From assembly GCA_011049175.1 (NCBI GenBank), contig DSCJ01000015.1, positions 9,615 through 73,614 on the forward strand: 64,000 nucleotides of DNA, in the 5' to 3' direction. The first letter of the stretch is position 1. Each line of letters opens with the position of its first letter. Below, one piece after another: positions 55,138 to 63,560 of the stretch. A model generated the notes under the pieces. It saw nothing but the letters and a program-made list of their open reading frames with translations. It had not been told where the DNA came from and ran no database searches. The DNA comes from Bacteroidota bacterium. Its GTDB lineage: Bacteria > Bacteroidota > Bacteroidia > Bacteroidales > VadinHA17. The position numbers and the translations under genes are program-made.

Positions 55138-56229
55138 ATGGCAAATAATATGATTCTGGAAAAGCTGGAGGGGGTGAAGGCCCGTTTTCAGGAAGTCTCG
55201 CAGCTTATTACTCAGCCCGAGGTTACTTCCAACATGAAACGGTATATACAGCTTAACAAAGAATATAAAGAGCTGGAGCCCATTGTGCGTGCTTATGAAG
55301 AGTATAAAAATATTCTGAGCAATATTAAAAACGCCCGTGAGATCCTGGCAACCGAAAAGTATGAGGAAATGCGCGAGATGGCCAAAGCCGAGATTGAAGA
55401 ACTGACTGCCAGGGTGGAACCCATGGAGGAAAATATACGTTTCCTTCTGCTTCCGGTTGATCCGGAAGATGAAAAAAATGCCGTACTGGAGATCAGGGCG
55501 GGAACGGGAGGAGATGAAGCCAGTATTTTTGCGGGAGATCTGTACCGGATGTATCAGAAGTATGCCGAATCGAAGGGGTGGAAAATGGACGTGAGTCACT
55601 TTACCGAAGGAACGGTGGGAGGATATAAAGAAATTGTGCTGAATGTGAAAGGGGACAATGTTTACGGAACCCTGAAATACGAGTCGGGCGTACACCGGGT
55701 GCAACGGGTGCCGGTAACCGAAACACAGGGCCGGGTGCATACTTCCGCTGCTTCGGTGGCAGTGCTTCCCGAAGCCGAGGATTTTGATATTGAGGTAAAA
55801 CCCGATGAGATCAGAAAAGATACATACTGCTCCAGCGGACCCGGCGGACAGTCGGTGAACACTACCTACAGTGCCATTCGTCTTACCCATATCCCTACCG
55901 GCCTGGTAGTTACCTGCCAGGATGAAAAGTCGCAGATAAAAAACCTGGAAAAAGCCATGAAAGAACTGAAAACCAGGCTGTATGATCTCGAGTATCAGAA
56001 AAGGATGAAAGCCATTGCTTCCAGGCGGAAAACCATGGTTTCCACAGGCGACCGTTCAGCCAAGATACGCACCTATAACTACCCTCAGGGCCGCGTCACA
56101 GATCACCGCATCAATCTCACTCTTTATAACCTGGAATCGATTATGAACGGAAATATTCAGGAAATTATCGACAAACTTCAGATGGCTGAAAATGCTGAAC
56201 GGTTAAAAGCAGCCGATTTAAATGCCTAA
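55138..56229 (+). CDS. prfA: peptide chain release factor 1
   Basis: Has the RF1-type 'PVT' tripeptide ('[10 protein letters not shown]') and the 'SGPGGQSVN' GGQ motif. Confidence 0.95.
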   Translation: MANNMILEKLEGVKARFQEVSQLITQPEVTSNMKRYIQLNKEYKELEPIVRAYEEYKNILSNIKNAREILATEKYEEMREMAKAEIEELTARVEPMEENIRFLLLPVDPEDEKNAVLEIRAGTGGDEASIFAGDLYRMYQKYAESKGWKMDVSHFTEGTVGGYKEIVLNVKGDNVYGTLKYESGVHRVQRVPVTETQGRVHTSAASVAVLPEAEDFDIEVKPDEIRKDTYCSSGPGGQSVNTTYSAIRLTHIPTGLVVTCQDEKSQIKNLEKAMKELKTRLYDLEYQKRMKAIASRRKTMVSTGDRSAKIRTYNYPQGRVTDHRINLTLYNLESIMNGNIQEIIDKLQMAENAERLKAADLNA

Positions 56230-56242
56230 AATTTCCCCACCT

Positions 56243-57085
56243 ATGAATGCCCGGCAGCTGTTTCAACAAATCAAACGAAAAAAAAGTTTCCTGTGTGTGG
56301 GCCTGGATACCGACCTGGAAAAAATTCCTCCCCACCTGCTCGAAAAGGATGACCCCGTCTTCGAATTTAACCGGTATGTGGTGGAAGCCACGGCCGAGTT
56401 TGCAGTGGCTTTTAAACCCAATCTGGCTTTTTATGAATCACTTGGCCCTGATGGATGGAGAAGCCTGAGAAAAACCGTCAAATTCATCCGCAGGAATTAT
56501 CCGGGAATATTTCTTATTGCCGATGCAAAGAGGGGAGACATTGGGAATACTTCAGAAAAATATGCCCGTACCTTTTTCGATTATAAAGCTGCAGGCCTCG
56601 ATTTCGATGCGGTAACCCTTTCGCCATACATGGGACAGGATTCGGTGGTTCCTTTCCTGGCTTTTCCGGGAAAATGGCTGGTAGTCCTGGCCCTTACATC
56701 CAATCCGGGAGCAAATGATTTTCAGAATGCCCGACTGGAAACCGGTGAATATGTTTTTGAGAAAGTGATCAAAACCTGCGCATCCTGGACAACTACCGAC
56801 CGGTTGATGTTTGTGGTCGGTGCTACCCGTGCCAACAGCCTGGTAAAAATTCGCCAATGGGTGCCCGATCATTTCCTACTGGTTCCCGGCGTGGGCGCCC
56901 AGGGAGGGAGCCTGGCCGAAGTGGCAGAATATGGAATGAACAGGGAATGCGGTTTGCTGGTCAATTCTTCCCGGGCAATTATCTACGCGGATCATTCACC
57001 CGATTTTGCGGCATTTGTGAGGGTTAAAGCCATTGAGATCCAGCAGGAGATGGAAAAACTTCTCACCAAGAAAGGGATTTTGTAA
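56243..57085 (+). CDS. pyrF: orotidine 5'-phosphate decarboxylase (type 2)
   Basis: Contains 'SFLCVGLDTD' and 'DAKRGDIGNT'. I prefer the start at ATG 56243 over 56222, which overlaps prfA. Confidence 0.9.
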   Translation: MNARQLFQQIKRKKSFLCVGLDTDLEKIPPHLLEKDDPVFEFNRYVVEATAEFAVAFKPNLAFYESLGPDGWRSLRKTVKFIRRNYPGIFLIADAKRGDIGNTSEKYARTFFDYKAAGLDFDAVTLSPYMGQDSVVPFLAFPGKWLVVLALTSNPGANDFQNARLETGEYVFEKVIKTCASWTTTDRLMFVVGATRANSLVKIRQWVPDHFLLVPGVGAQGGSLAEVAEYGMNRECGLLVNSSRAIIYADHSPDFAAFVRVKAIEIQQEMEKLLTKKGIL

Positions 57086-57162
57086 CCCCTTTTCGTAAAT
57101 TTAACCATGATACATGATGAGCATATCCGGCTTGCCCGCTTATTCATGAACCTGACTTACCA

Positions 57163-58428
57163 ATGAATGAACAGTTCCTTCAATTCATTTGGAAAAACGC
57201 CCTTTTCGAACCCAGGGAAGGGAAACTGTCTACCGGAGAATATATCATCATCCGGAAGGTGGGAAATGAAAACCATGATGCCGGTCCTGATTTCAACAAC
57301 GCCAGGATCATTATCGACGGAACCCTGTGGGTAGGTAATGTGGAAATTCATATCCGGTCATCCGACTGGTACCGGCACGGTCATCATCAGGATCCTGTAT
57401 ATGAAAATGTGATCCTGCATGTGGTGTACGAACACGATCGGGATACCCATACCTTGTCGGGGAGAAATGTCCCGGTGTTTTCCCTGAATGTTCCGGCAGA
57501 GATATATGGTCAGTATTACGCCCTGATGAACCACAAAGGATGGATTCCCTGTGCCGCTCACCTCAGCCGGATCGACCCCCTGGCCCTCGATCTCTGGCTG
57601 CGGGAACTGCTGGAGGAGCGCATGGAAAAAAAAGCAGCCGGTATACGCAATGACCTTGCGCAAACCCGGGGCGACTGGGAGGAGGTGTTTTATCACAAGC
57701 TCATGAGGGCATACGGCAATCCGGTGAATGCAGAACCTTTCGAACGCCTGGCCAGGTCTGTTCCCTGGAAGGTGGTGCTGAAACATCGTGACAGCCTGAA
57801 GCAACTGGAAGCCCTGCTATTCGGTCAGGCCGGAATGCTGGAGAATGAATCCTTCGAATCATACGCTCAGGAGCTGAACAAGGAATACCATCATCTGGCC
57901 GGGAAATATCAACTGAAGCCTCTTCCTGCCTCTGTGTGGCATTATGCCAGACTGAGGCCAGTGCATTTCCCTCCGGTGCGTATGGCGCAACTTGCCGCCC
58001 TGTTCCATCGCCGGCCACATTTGTTCAGAAATTGTCTGGAAATGGAGGATATGAAGGGAATTACCGATATGTTCCGGGTAGAACCATCTGCCTACTGGTC
58101 AGATCATTATCGTTTCGGAGTTGCTTCCCCGGCAGGGAAAAAATGGACCGGTGAGGTTTTTATGAAGTATATAATAAGTAATGTGATCATCCCGTTCCGT
58201 TATGCCTATGCTGCATTTCACGGAAAGGAAGAGGGAAAACAGAAAGCATTGAAAATGCTTGAACAACAACCTCCCGAAAAACACCGGATTACGAGAAACT
58301 GGGAGAAGCTGGGGTTGCCCAATGACCATGCAGCGGCTTCCCAGGCGCTGATCCATCTGAAAAAGGAATATTGTATCTTTAAGAAATGCCTGAATTGCCA
58401 TATCGGCAGAATGATTCTTACCGGTTGA
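57163..58428 (+). CDS. DUF2851 family protein
   Basis: The N-terminus 'MNEQFLQFIWKNALF' and the C-terminal 'CxxC...' ('FKKCLNCHIG') match my memory of DUF2851. 421 aa. Confidence 0.65.
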   Translation: MNEQFLQFIWKNALFEPREGKLSTGEYIIIRKVGNENHDAGPDFNNARIIIDGTLWVGNVEIHIRSSDWYRHGHHQDPVYENVILHVVYEHDRDTHTLSGRNVPVFSLNVPAEIYGQYYALMNHKGWIPCAAHLSRIDPLALDLWLRELLEERMEKKAAGIRNDLAQTRGDWEEVFYHKLMRAYGNPVNAEPFERLARSVPWKVVLKHRDSLKQLEALLFGQAGMLENESFESYAQELNKEYHHLAGKYQLKPLPASVWHYARLRPVHFPPVRMAQLAALFHRRPHLFRNCLEMEDMKGITDMFRVEPSAYWSDHYRFGVASPAGKKWTGEVFMKYIISNVIIPFRYAYAAFHGKEEGKQKALKMLEQQPPEKHRITRNWEKLGLPNDHAAASQALIHLKKEYCIFKKCLNCHIGRMILTG

Positions 58429-58431
58429 AAA

Positions 58432-59484
58432 ATGCAGAAAGATAACCTGAAAAATATCATTTTGGGTCTGTTTGCCCTGCTTGGCGTGGTCATCATTGGT
58501 ATTACCGGTTTTCATCTGCTGGAGGGATATTCTTTTACCGATGCCTTATTTATGACCATTATCACTATATCTACCGTTGGCTTCAGGGAAGTTTACCCCC
58601 TTTCACCCGAAGGGAAAATATTTACCATCATCCTCATTATTTTCAGTTTCGGAATATTTGCCTACGTGGTAACCACCTTCACCCGGATGCTGGTAGACGG
58701 AGTATTCAGACATTATTACAAAGACAATAAAATGAAAAGAAGAGTCGCTAAACTCAGTAACCACATTATCCTCTGCGGGTATGGACGAAACGGCAGGCAG
58801 GTGGCTGTGGATCTGTCTGATCATGGGGAAGAATTTGTGATCATTGAACAGGACGAGGAATTGATAGAAACCATCAGGGAGAATCCGGACCTGATGTATA
58901 TTCATGGAGATGCCACCCTGGAGGAAGTGCTCCGGATGGCACGGGTTGATCGTGCCAGGGCTTTGATTACTACCCTGCCCAATGATGCCGATAATCTTTT
59001 TGTCGTATTGACTGCCCGGCAGATAAATCCCACCATGACCATTATCAGCCGGGCATCTCACGATAATTCCGATATGAAACTGAAAAGAGCCGGAGCTACC
59101 AATGTCATTATGCCCGATAAGATAGGCGGTCAGCGCATGGCCAAACTGGTAACCCAGCCCGATGTTATTGAGTTTATCGAATATATTATCCTTCAGAAAA
59201 GCAAGGATGTGACCCTTAAGGAAGTGAGTTGTACCGAAATGCATTCCGATTACGAGGGAAAATCTATCGGAGAACTGAACGTGAGAAATTATTCAGGGGC
59301 AAATATTGTCGGCATGAAGAAAACCGACAAGTCGTATGTGTTCAATCCTCCTCCAACCCAGGTCCTTTCAAGCCACGATCAGTTATTTGTTCTGGGAACC
59401 CCCGAACAGATCCGTTCCCTGAAGGATATCCTGAAAAATCCCCGGCGGAATTCACCGGTAACCGGTCAGGAAACAGGGACATAG
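58432..59484 (+). CDS. two-TM K+-channel-family protein with RCK (TrkA-N/TrkA-C) domains and a non-canonical filter 'TVGFRE'
   Basis: It has TM1, a pore helix 'FTDALFMTIITISTVGFREV' and TM2, followed by the Rossmann motif 'ILCGYGRNGRQVA' and a TrkA-C-like C-terminus. Confidence 0.8.
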   Translation: MQKDNLKNIILGLFALLGVVIIGITGFHLLEGYSFTDALFMTIITISTVGFREVYPLSPEGKIFTIILIIFSFGIFAYVVTTFTRMLVDGVFRHYYKDNKMKRRVAKLSNHIILCGYGRNGRQVAVDLSDHGEEFVIIEQDEELIETIRENPDLMYIHGDATLEEVLRMARVDRARALITTLPNDADNLFVVLTARQINPTMTIISRASHDNSDMKLKRAGATNVIMPDKIGGQRMAKLVTQPDVIEFIEYIILQKSKDVTLKEVSCTEMHSDYEGKSIGELNVRNYSGANIVGMKKTDKSYVFNPPPTQVLSSHDQLFVLGTPEQIRSLKDILKNPRRNSPVTGQETGT

Positions 59485-59543
59485 ACCCGGTAAAGGCGGG
59501 AGATGTTTTTTGATTAAAAAATTGATTTATTGGAAAAATTCAG

Positions 59544-59551
59544 TAATTTTG
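59544..59551 (+). promoter_or_regulatory. putative -7 promoter box TAATTTTG upstream of rpsO
   Basis: An exact TAnnTTTG match ends 55 nt upstream of ATG 59606. Confidence 0.45.
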
Positions 59552-59605
59552 CAGTTCCAAAATTGACAAGCACGAACATTACGTTATTAGTTATTTCAGA
59601 AAAAT

Positions 59606-59875
59606 ATGTATTTAACAGCCGAAAAAAAGAAAGAGATTTTTACCAGGCACGGGAAGTCTGAGACAGATACCGGCAGGGCCGAATCGCAGATCGCCCTGTT
59701 TTCTTACCGGATTGCCCATCTTACTGAACATCTGAAAGCGAATAAGAAGGATTACAGTACCCAGCGGGCATTGCTCAAGCTGGTCGGAAAAAGAAGAAAA
59801 TTGCTCGATTACCTGAAGGCCCGTGATATTGAAAGATACCGGACCATCCTAAAAGAGCTCAACTTGAGGAAGTAA
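59606..59875 (+). CDS. rpsO: 30S ribosomal protein S15
   Basis: 89 aa, with 'LTEHLKANKKDYSTQRALLKLVGKRRKLLDYL'. Confidence 0.95.
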   Translation: MYLTAEKKKEIFTRHGKSETDTGRAESQIALFSYRIAHLTEHLKANKKDYSTQRALLKLVGKRRKLLDYLKARDIERYRTILKELNLRK

Positions 59876-59881
59876 TGCGGG

Positions 59882-59909
59882 AAGGCAATGACACCATTGC
59901 CTTTTTTCG
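59882..59909 (+). terminator. rho-independent terminator/attenuator between rpsO and pnp
   Basis: A stem (AAGGCAATG / CATTGCCTT) with an ACAC loop is followed by TTTTTCG. Confidence 0.8.
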
Positions 59910-59963
59910 TGTTTACGGACCCGCAGAATATTTCTGTGTTTATATTAAAACTATATTGTAAAA

Positions 59964-62102
59964 ATGTTCAACATTACGCAAAAAAATATTGACCTGGGTG
60001 ATGGTCGTAACATTACCCTGGAAACGGGGAAGCTGGCCAAACAGGCTGACGGATCTGTGATGGTGAAAATGGGAAAAACCATGTTGCTGGCCACCGTGGT
60101 TTCTGCCCGGGAAGCCCGGGAAGATGTGGATTTTATGCCTCTTTCTGTTGAATACAGGGAAAAGTTTGCCAGTTCCGGACGTTTCCCCGGGGGATTTTTA
60201 AAACGGGAAGCCCGTCCATCCGATCACGAAGTGCTGATTTCCAGGTTGGTTGACAGAGCCCTGCGTCCACTCTTTCCGGATGATTATCATGCCGAAACAT
60301 TTGTTACCATCAACCTGATTTCGGCCGATAAGGAGATTCCCCCCGATGCCATGGCCGGACTGGCAGCTTCTGCAGCTCTGTCTGTTTCTGATGTACCGTT
60401 TAACGGGCCCATTTCTGAGGTCAGGGTGGGACGAATCAACGGTAAGTTTCGTATCAATCCCTCCTTCTCGGAGCTTGAAAAAGCCGATATCGATATTATG
60501 GTGGGTGCCACTATCGATAATATCCTGATGGTGGAAGGGGAAATGAAGGAAGTTTCCGAAACCGACATGCTCGAGGCCATTCAATTCGCCCATGATGCCA
60601 TCAAAAAACAGTGTCAGGTTCAGATGGAACTTGCCCGTGAGCTTCAGGTAACCACAAGGGAATATTCCCATGAGGTTCATAATGAAGAACTGCGGGAAAA
60701 AATGAGAAAAGACACCTACGACAAGATTTATGCCGTAGCCAAAAAACAGATCCCCGTTAAACAAGAACGTTCGGAAGCCTTTGAAGCCATTAAACAGGAG
60801 TTTATCGAATACCTGCCTGAAGAACAGCAGGAAGAACTGAATCCCGTGCTGGTTGATAAGTATTTTCACGACCTGCATAAAGATGCGGTCAGAAAGATGA
60901 TTCTGGAGGAAGGAATCAGGCTGGATGGAAGAAAATTGGATGAAATCAGACCCATTTCCTGTGAAGTGGACTTTCTTCCCGCTGCCCATGGATCGGCATT
61001 GTTTACCAGAGGTGAAACCCAGTCGCTTACCACCGTTACCCTGGGAAACAAACTGGATGAAAAAATTATAGACGAAGTGCTGGTACAGGGAACGGAAAAG
61101 TTTACCCTGCATTATAACTTCCCTCCCTTTTCAACTGGTGACGCCCGTCCGGTCAGGGGGGTGAGCCGGCGGGAAATAGGCCATGGGAACCTGGCCCTGC
61201 GTGCACTGAAACCCATGATGCCTCCCATTGAGGAGAATCCATATACCGTACGCGTGGTTTCCGATATCCTTGAATCGAACGGATCCTCCTCCATGGCCAC
61301 TGTGTGTGCCGGTACACTGGCCCTGATGGATGCCGGTGTGAAACTGAAAAAACCGGTTTCAGGTATTGCCATGGGGCTTATTACTGATCCCGGTTCCGGG
61401 AAATTTGCCATTCTTTCCGATATTCTGGGAGATGAGGATCATCTGGGAGATATGGATTTCAAAGTGGCCGGTACCCGTGACGGGATCACCGCCACACAGA
61501 TGGATATCAAAGTGGAAGGTCTTTCCTATGATGTTATGGCCAAAGCACTTGAACAGGCCAGGCTTGGCCGGCTCCATATACTGGATATTATGACCGGGGT
61601 GATTGCCGAACCCCGCCCCGATCTGAAACCTCATGCCCCGCGTATTGTGCAGATTACGGTGCCCAAAGATTATATCGGTGCCATTATCGGCCCCGGGGGA
61701 AAAATTATTCAGGAAATCCAGTCACAAACTGGCGCTACCATCATTATCGAAGAACTGAACGGCCGGGGTGTTGTGGATGTTTTTGCCGATAACAAAGAGT
61801 CGATCGACAAAGCCCTGGCCCGTATCAGGGCTATTGCCACTGAACCCGAAGTGGGTGAAATCTACCACGGAAAGGTCAAGACCATTGTCCCTTTCGGAGC
61901 CTTTATTGAAATATTGCCGGGGAAGGATGGACTGCTTCATATTTCCGAAATTGAATGGCGCCGCCTGAAAACAGTGGATGAGGTACTGAAAGAAGGAGAT
62001 GAGGTGGATGTCAAGCTGATAGATGTGGATTCCAAAACAGGGAAACTGAAACTATCCAGGAAGGTGCTTCTGCCACGTCCGGAGAATAAAGAGAATAAGT
62101 AG
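59964..62102 (+). CDS. pnp: polyribonucleotide nucleotidyltransferase (PNPase)
   Basis: Two RNase PH domains ('[15 protein letters not shown]') are followed by a KH domain ('[11 protein letters not shown]') and an S1 domain ('[15 protein letters not shown]'). Confidence 0.95.
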   Translation: MFNITQKNIDLGDGRNITLETGKLAKQADGSVMVKMGKTMLLATVVSAREAREDVDFMPLSVEYREKFASSGRFPGGFLKREARPSDHEVLISRLVDRALRPLFPDDYHAETFVTINLISADKEIPPDAMAGLAASAALSVSDVPFNGPISEVRVGRINGKFRINPSFSELEKADIDIMVGATIDNILMVEGEMKEVSETDMLEAIQFAHDAIKKQCQVQMELARELQVTTREYSHEVHNEELREKMRKDTYDKIYAVAKKQIPVKQERSEAFEAIKQEFIEYLPEEQQEELNPVLVDKYFHDLHKDAVRKMILEEGIRLDGRKLDEIRPISCEVDFLPAAHGSALFTRGETQSLTTVTLGNKLDEKIIDEVLVQGTEKFTLHYNFPPFSTGDARPVRGVSRREIGHGNLALRALKPMMPPIEENPYTVRVVSDILESNGSSSMATVCAGTLALMDAGVKLKKPVSGIAMGLITDPGSGKFAILSDILGDEDHLGDMDFKVAGTRDGITATQMDIKVEGLSYDVMAKALEQARLGRLHILDIMTGVIAEPRPDLKPHAPRIVQITVPKDYIGAIIGPGGKIIQEIQSQTGATIIIEELNGRGVVDVFADNKESIDKALARIRAIATEPEVGEIYHGKVKTIVPFGAFIEILPGKDGLLHISEIEWRRLKTVDEVLKEGDEVDVKLIDVDSKTGKLKLSRKVLLPRPENKENK

Positions 62103-62131
62103 ATAACAGAATGTATGTTGAACCATGCAGC

Positions 62132-62160
62132 AGGCTGTCTTTCAGAGACAGCCTTTTTTA
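62132..62160 (+). terminator. rho-independent terminator after pnp
   Basis: A stem (AGGCTGTCT / AGACAGCCT) with a TTCAG loop is followed by TTTTTTA. Confidence 0.85.
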
Positions 62161-62195
62161 TGCCGGGATATTCCGCTCGTTGCCATAAAATCGCC

Positions 62196-62203
62196 TAATT
62201 TTG
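62196..62203 (+). promoter_or_regulatory. putative -7 promoter box TAATTTTG abutting the start of the next ORF
   Basis: An exact TAnnTTTG match ends 7 nt before ATG 62210. It overlaps the TTG-62201 alternative start, which argues against that start. Confidence 0.4.
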
Positions 62204-62209
62204 TATATC

Positions 62210-62719
62210 ATGAAGCCTGATTCGTTTAGCCACCTCGAGGAAATGTTAAATACCCGGATGAAGCAGATGAACCCACGGGAAATCAGGTACTGGCAAGTGA
62301 AACGTTTTATGGAATTGACCCGGCACATTTACAGGTTTTCTTCCGAATGCAGTGAATGCCTGAAATTCAGAACAGAAATCCCCTCACTGGCCGGCGGAGT
62401 CGATCGCCTTTTTGAAGTCGCTGCCAGCGAACGGATCAGGTATGAACAGTTAAGCGATGAAATGCTGAAGCACCTGAGGCACAGGCATGGATTGTACACA
62501 AAAAAGCATTTCATTACTACGTATAGTGTGCTGGGAATGATGGGTGGGGTCATCGGAGGAGCGTTGGTGGCATGGATGATACAATCGATGGCATCGGAAC
62601 CACCTTTGCATATTTTCCGGTATGCAGTGCTTCTTGGTTGGCTGGCCGGATTGGTGACAGGCCGGATAACGGGTTACAGAAAAGACCGGAAAGTGGAACG
62701 GGAGGGCCGGCAAATTTGA
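62210..62719 (+). CDS. hypothetical membrane protein (helical N-domain with CxxC, two glycine-zipper TM helices)
   Basis: Contains 'SSECSEC', then 'VLGMMGGVIGGALVAWMI' and 'AVLLGWLAGLVTGRITG'. I do not recognise a family. Confidence 0.4.
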   Translation: MKPDSFSHLEEMLNTRMKQMNPREIRYWQVKRFMELTRHIYRFSSECSECLKFRTEIPSLAGGVDRLFEVAASERIRYEQLSDEMLKHLRHRHGLYTKKHFITTYSVLGMMGGVIGGALVAWMIQSMASEPPLHIFRYAVLLGWLAGLVTGRITGYRKDRKVEREGRQI

Positions 62720-62815
62720 TTATCTTCACGGGAAAATGCAAGGAAGGGAGAAACGGGATATGAACTTGTCGTACCTGGTGAGAAAACATACCCATGCCAT
62801 TGAATGGTTGATCCA

Positions 62816-63451
62816 ATGAAATACCAGTATATAGTTGTTGAAGGAAATATAGGGGCAGGGAAAACTTCCCTCACGCAGATGATTGCTGCAGAATTCAATG
62901 CCCGCCTCATTCTGGAAGAATTCAGCGAAAATCCCTTTCTGCCCAAATTTTATAAAAACCCGGAGCGATATGCTTTTCCCTTGGAGCTTTCTTTCCTGGC
63001 AGCACGTTACCAGCAGCTGAAATCGGAGCTGGAAAACCGCGACCTTTTCAAAACCTTTACCATCTCCGATTATTATTTTATGAAATCACTGATCTTTGCC
63101 CGGGTTACCCTGGCAGAGGAAGAATTCAAACTGTACAGGCAACTGTTCCATATCATCTACCAGTCTTTGCCACGTCCCGATCTTTTCGTTTACCTGCATG
63201 TAACACCCCGCAAGTTGATAGAAAATATCAGGAAGAGAGGCCGCGATTATGAACAGGAAATTACCTATGAATATCTGCAGCAAATACAGGACGGCTATTT
63301 TGATTTCTTCAGACAAGAAACCACCATGCGATTCCTGATTATTGATACGGAAAACGTTGATTTTGTCAACCGCCCTGATGATTTTGTCCGGATCAGGAAC
63401 ACCATATTTGAAAAAGAAGTGCAACCGGGCCTGAACTATGTGATATTATAG
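62816..63451 (+). CDS. deoxynucleoside kinase
   Basis: Has the P-loop 'VVEGNIGAGKTS' and a dNK-family layout ('ERYAFPLELSFL', 'DLFVYL', 'RGRDYE'). Confidence 0.85.
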   Translation: MKYQYIVVEGNIGAGKTSLTQMIAAEFNARLILEEFSENPFLPKFYKNPERYAFPLELSFLAARYQQLKSELENRDLFKTFTISDYYFMKSLIFARVTLAEEEFKLYRQLFHIIYQSLPRPDLFVYLHVTPRKLIENIRKRGRDYEQEITYEYLQQIQDGYFDFFRQETTMRFLIIDTENVDFVNRPDDFVRIRNTIFEKEVQPGLNYVIL

Positions 63452-63505
63452 AATTTCGCTGTGAAAAATCTTTCTTTGATTATTTTTTTTTAATCAAAAC
63501 TTTGA

Positions 63506-63513
63506 TAGTTTTG
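63506..63513 (+). promoter_or_regulatory. putative -7 promoter box TAGTTTTG upstream of the terminal lipoprotein gene
   Basis: An exact TAnnTTTG match ends 48 nt upstream of ATG 63561. Confidence 0.4.
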
Positions 63514-63560
63514 TATTACTGATCCAAAATCAATTGATTGTAACTCAAATATCTGGAATT

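Noticed and set aside
60198-61112. A 304-aa minus-strand ORF inside pnp. Similar ones occur at 48320-49228 (302 aa), 41804-42643 (279 aa), 55081-55890 (269 aa), 27489-28199 (236 aa), 29299-29994 (231 aa), 40574-41221 (215 aa), 58603-59244 (213 aa) and 17024-17635 (203 aa).
   Set aside because: All are in the codon-aligned antisense frame of well-supported genes (I checked the phase for each). The sequences are not protein-like, and none has a promoter box or independent context.
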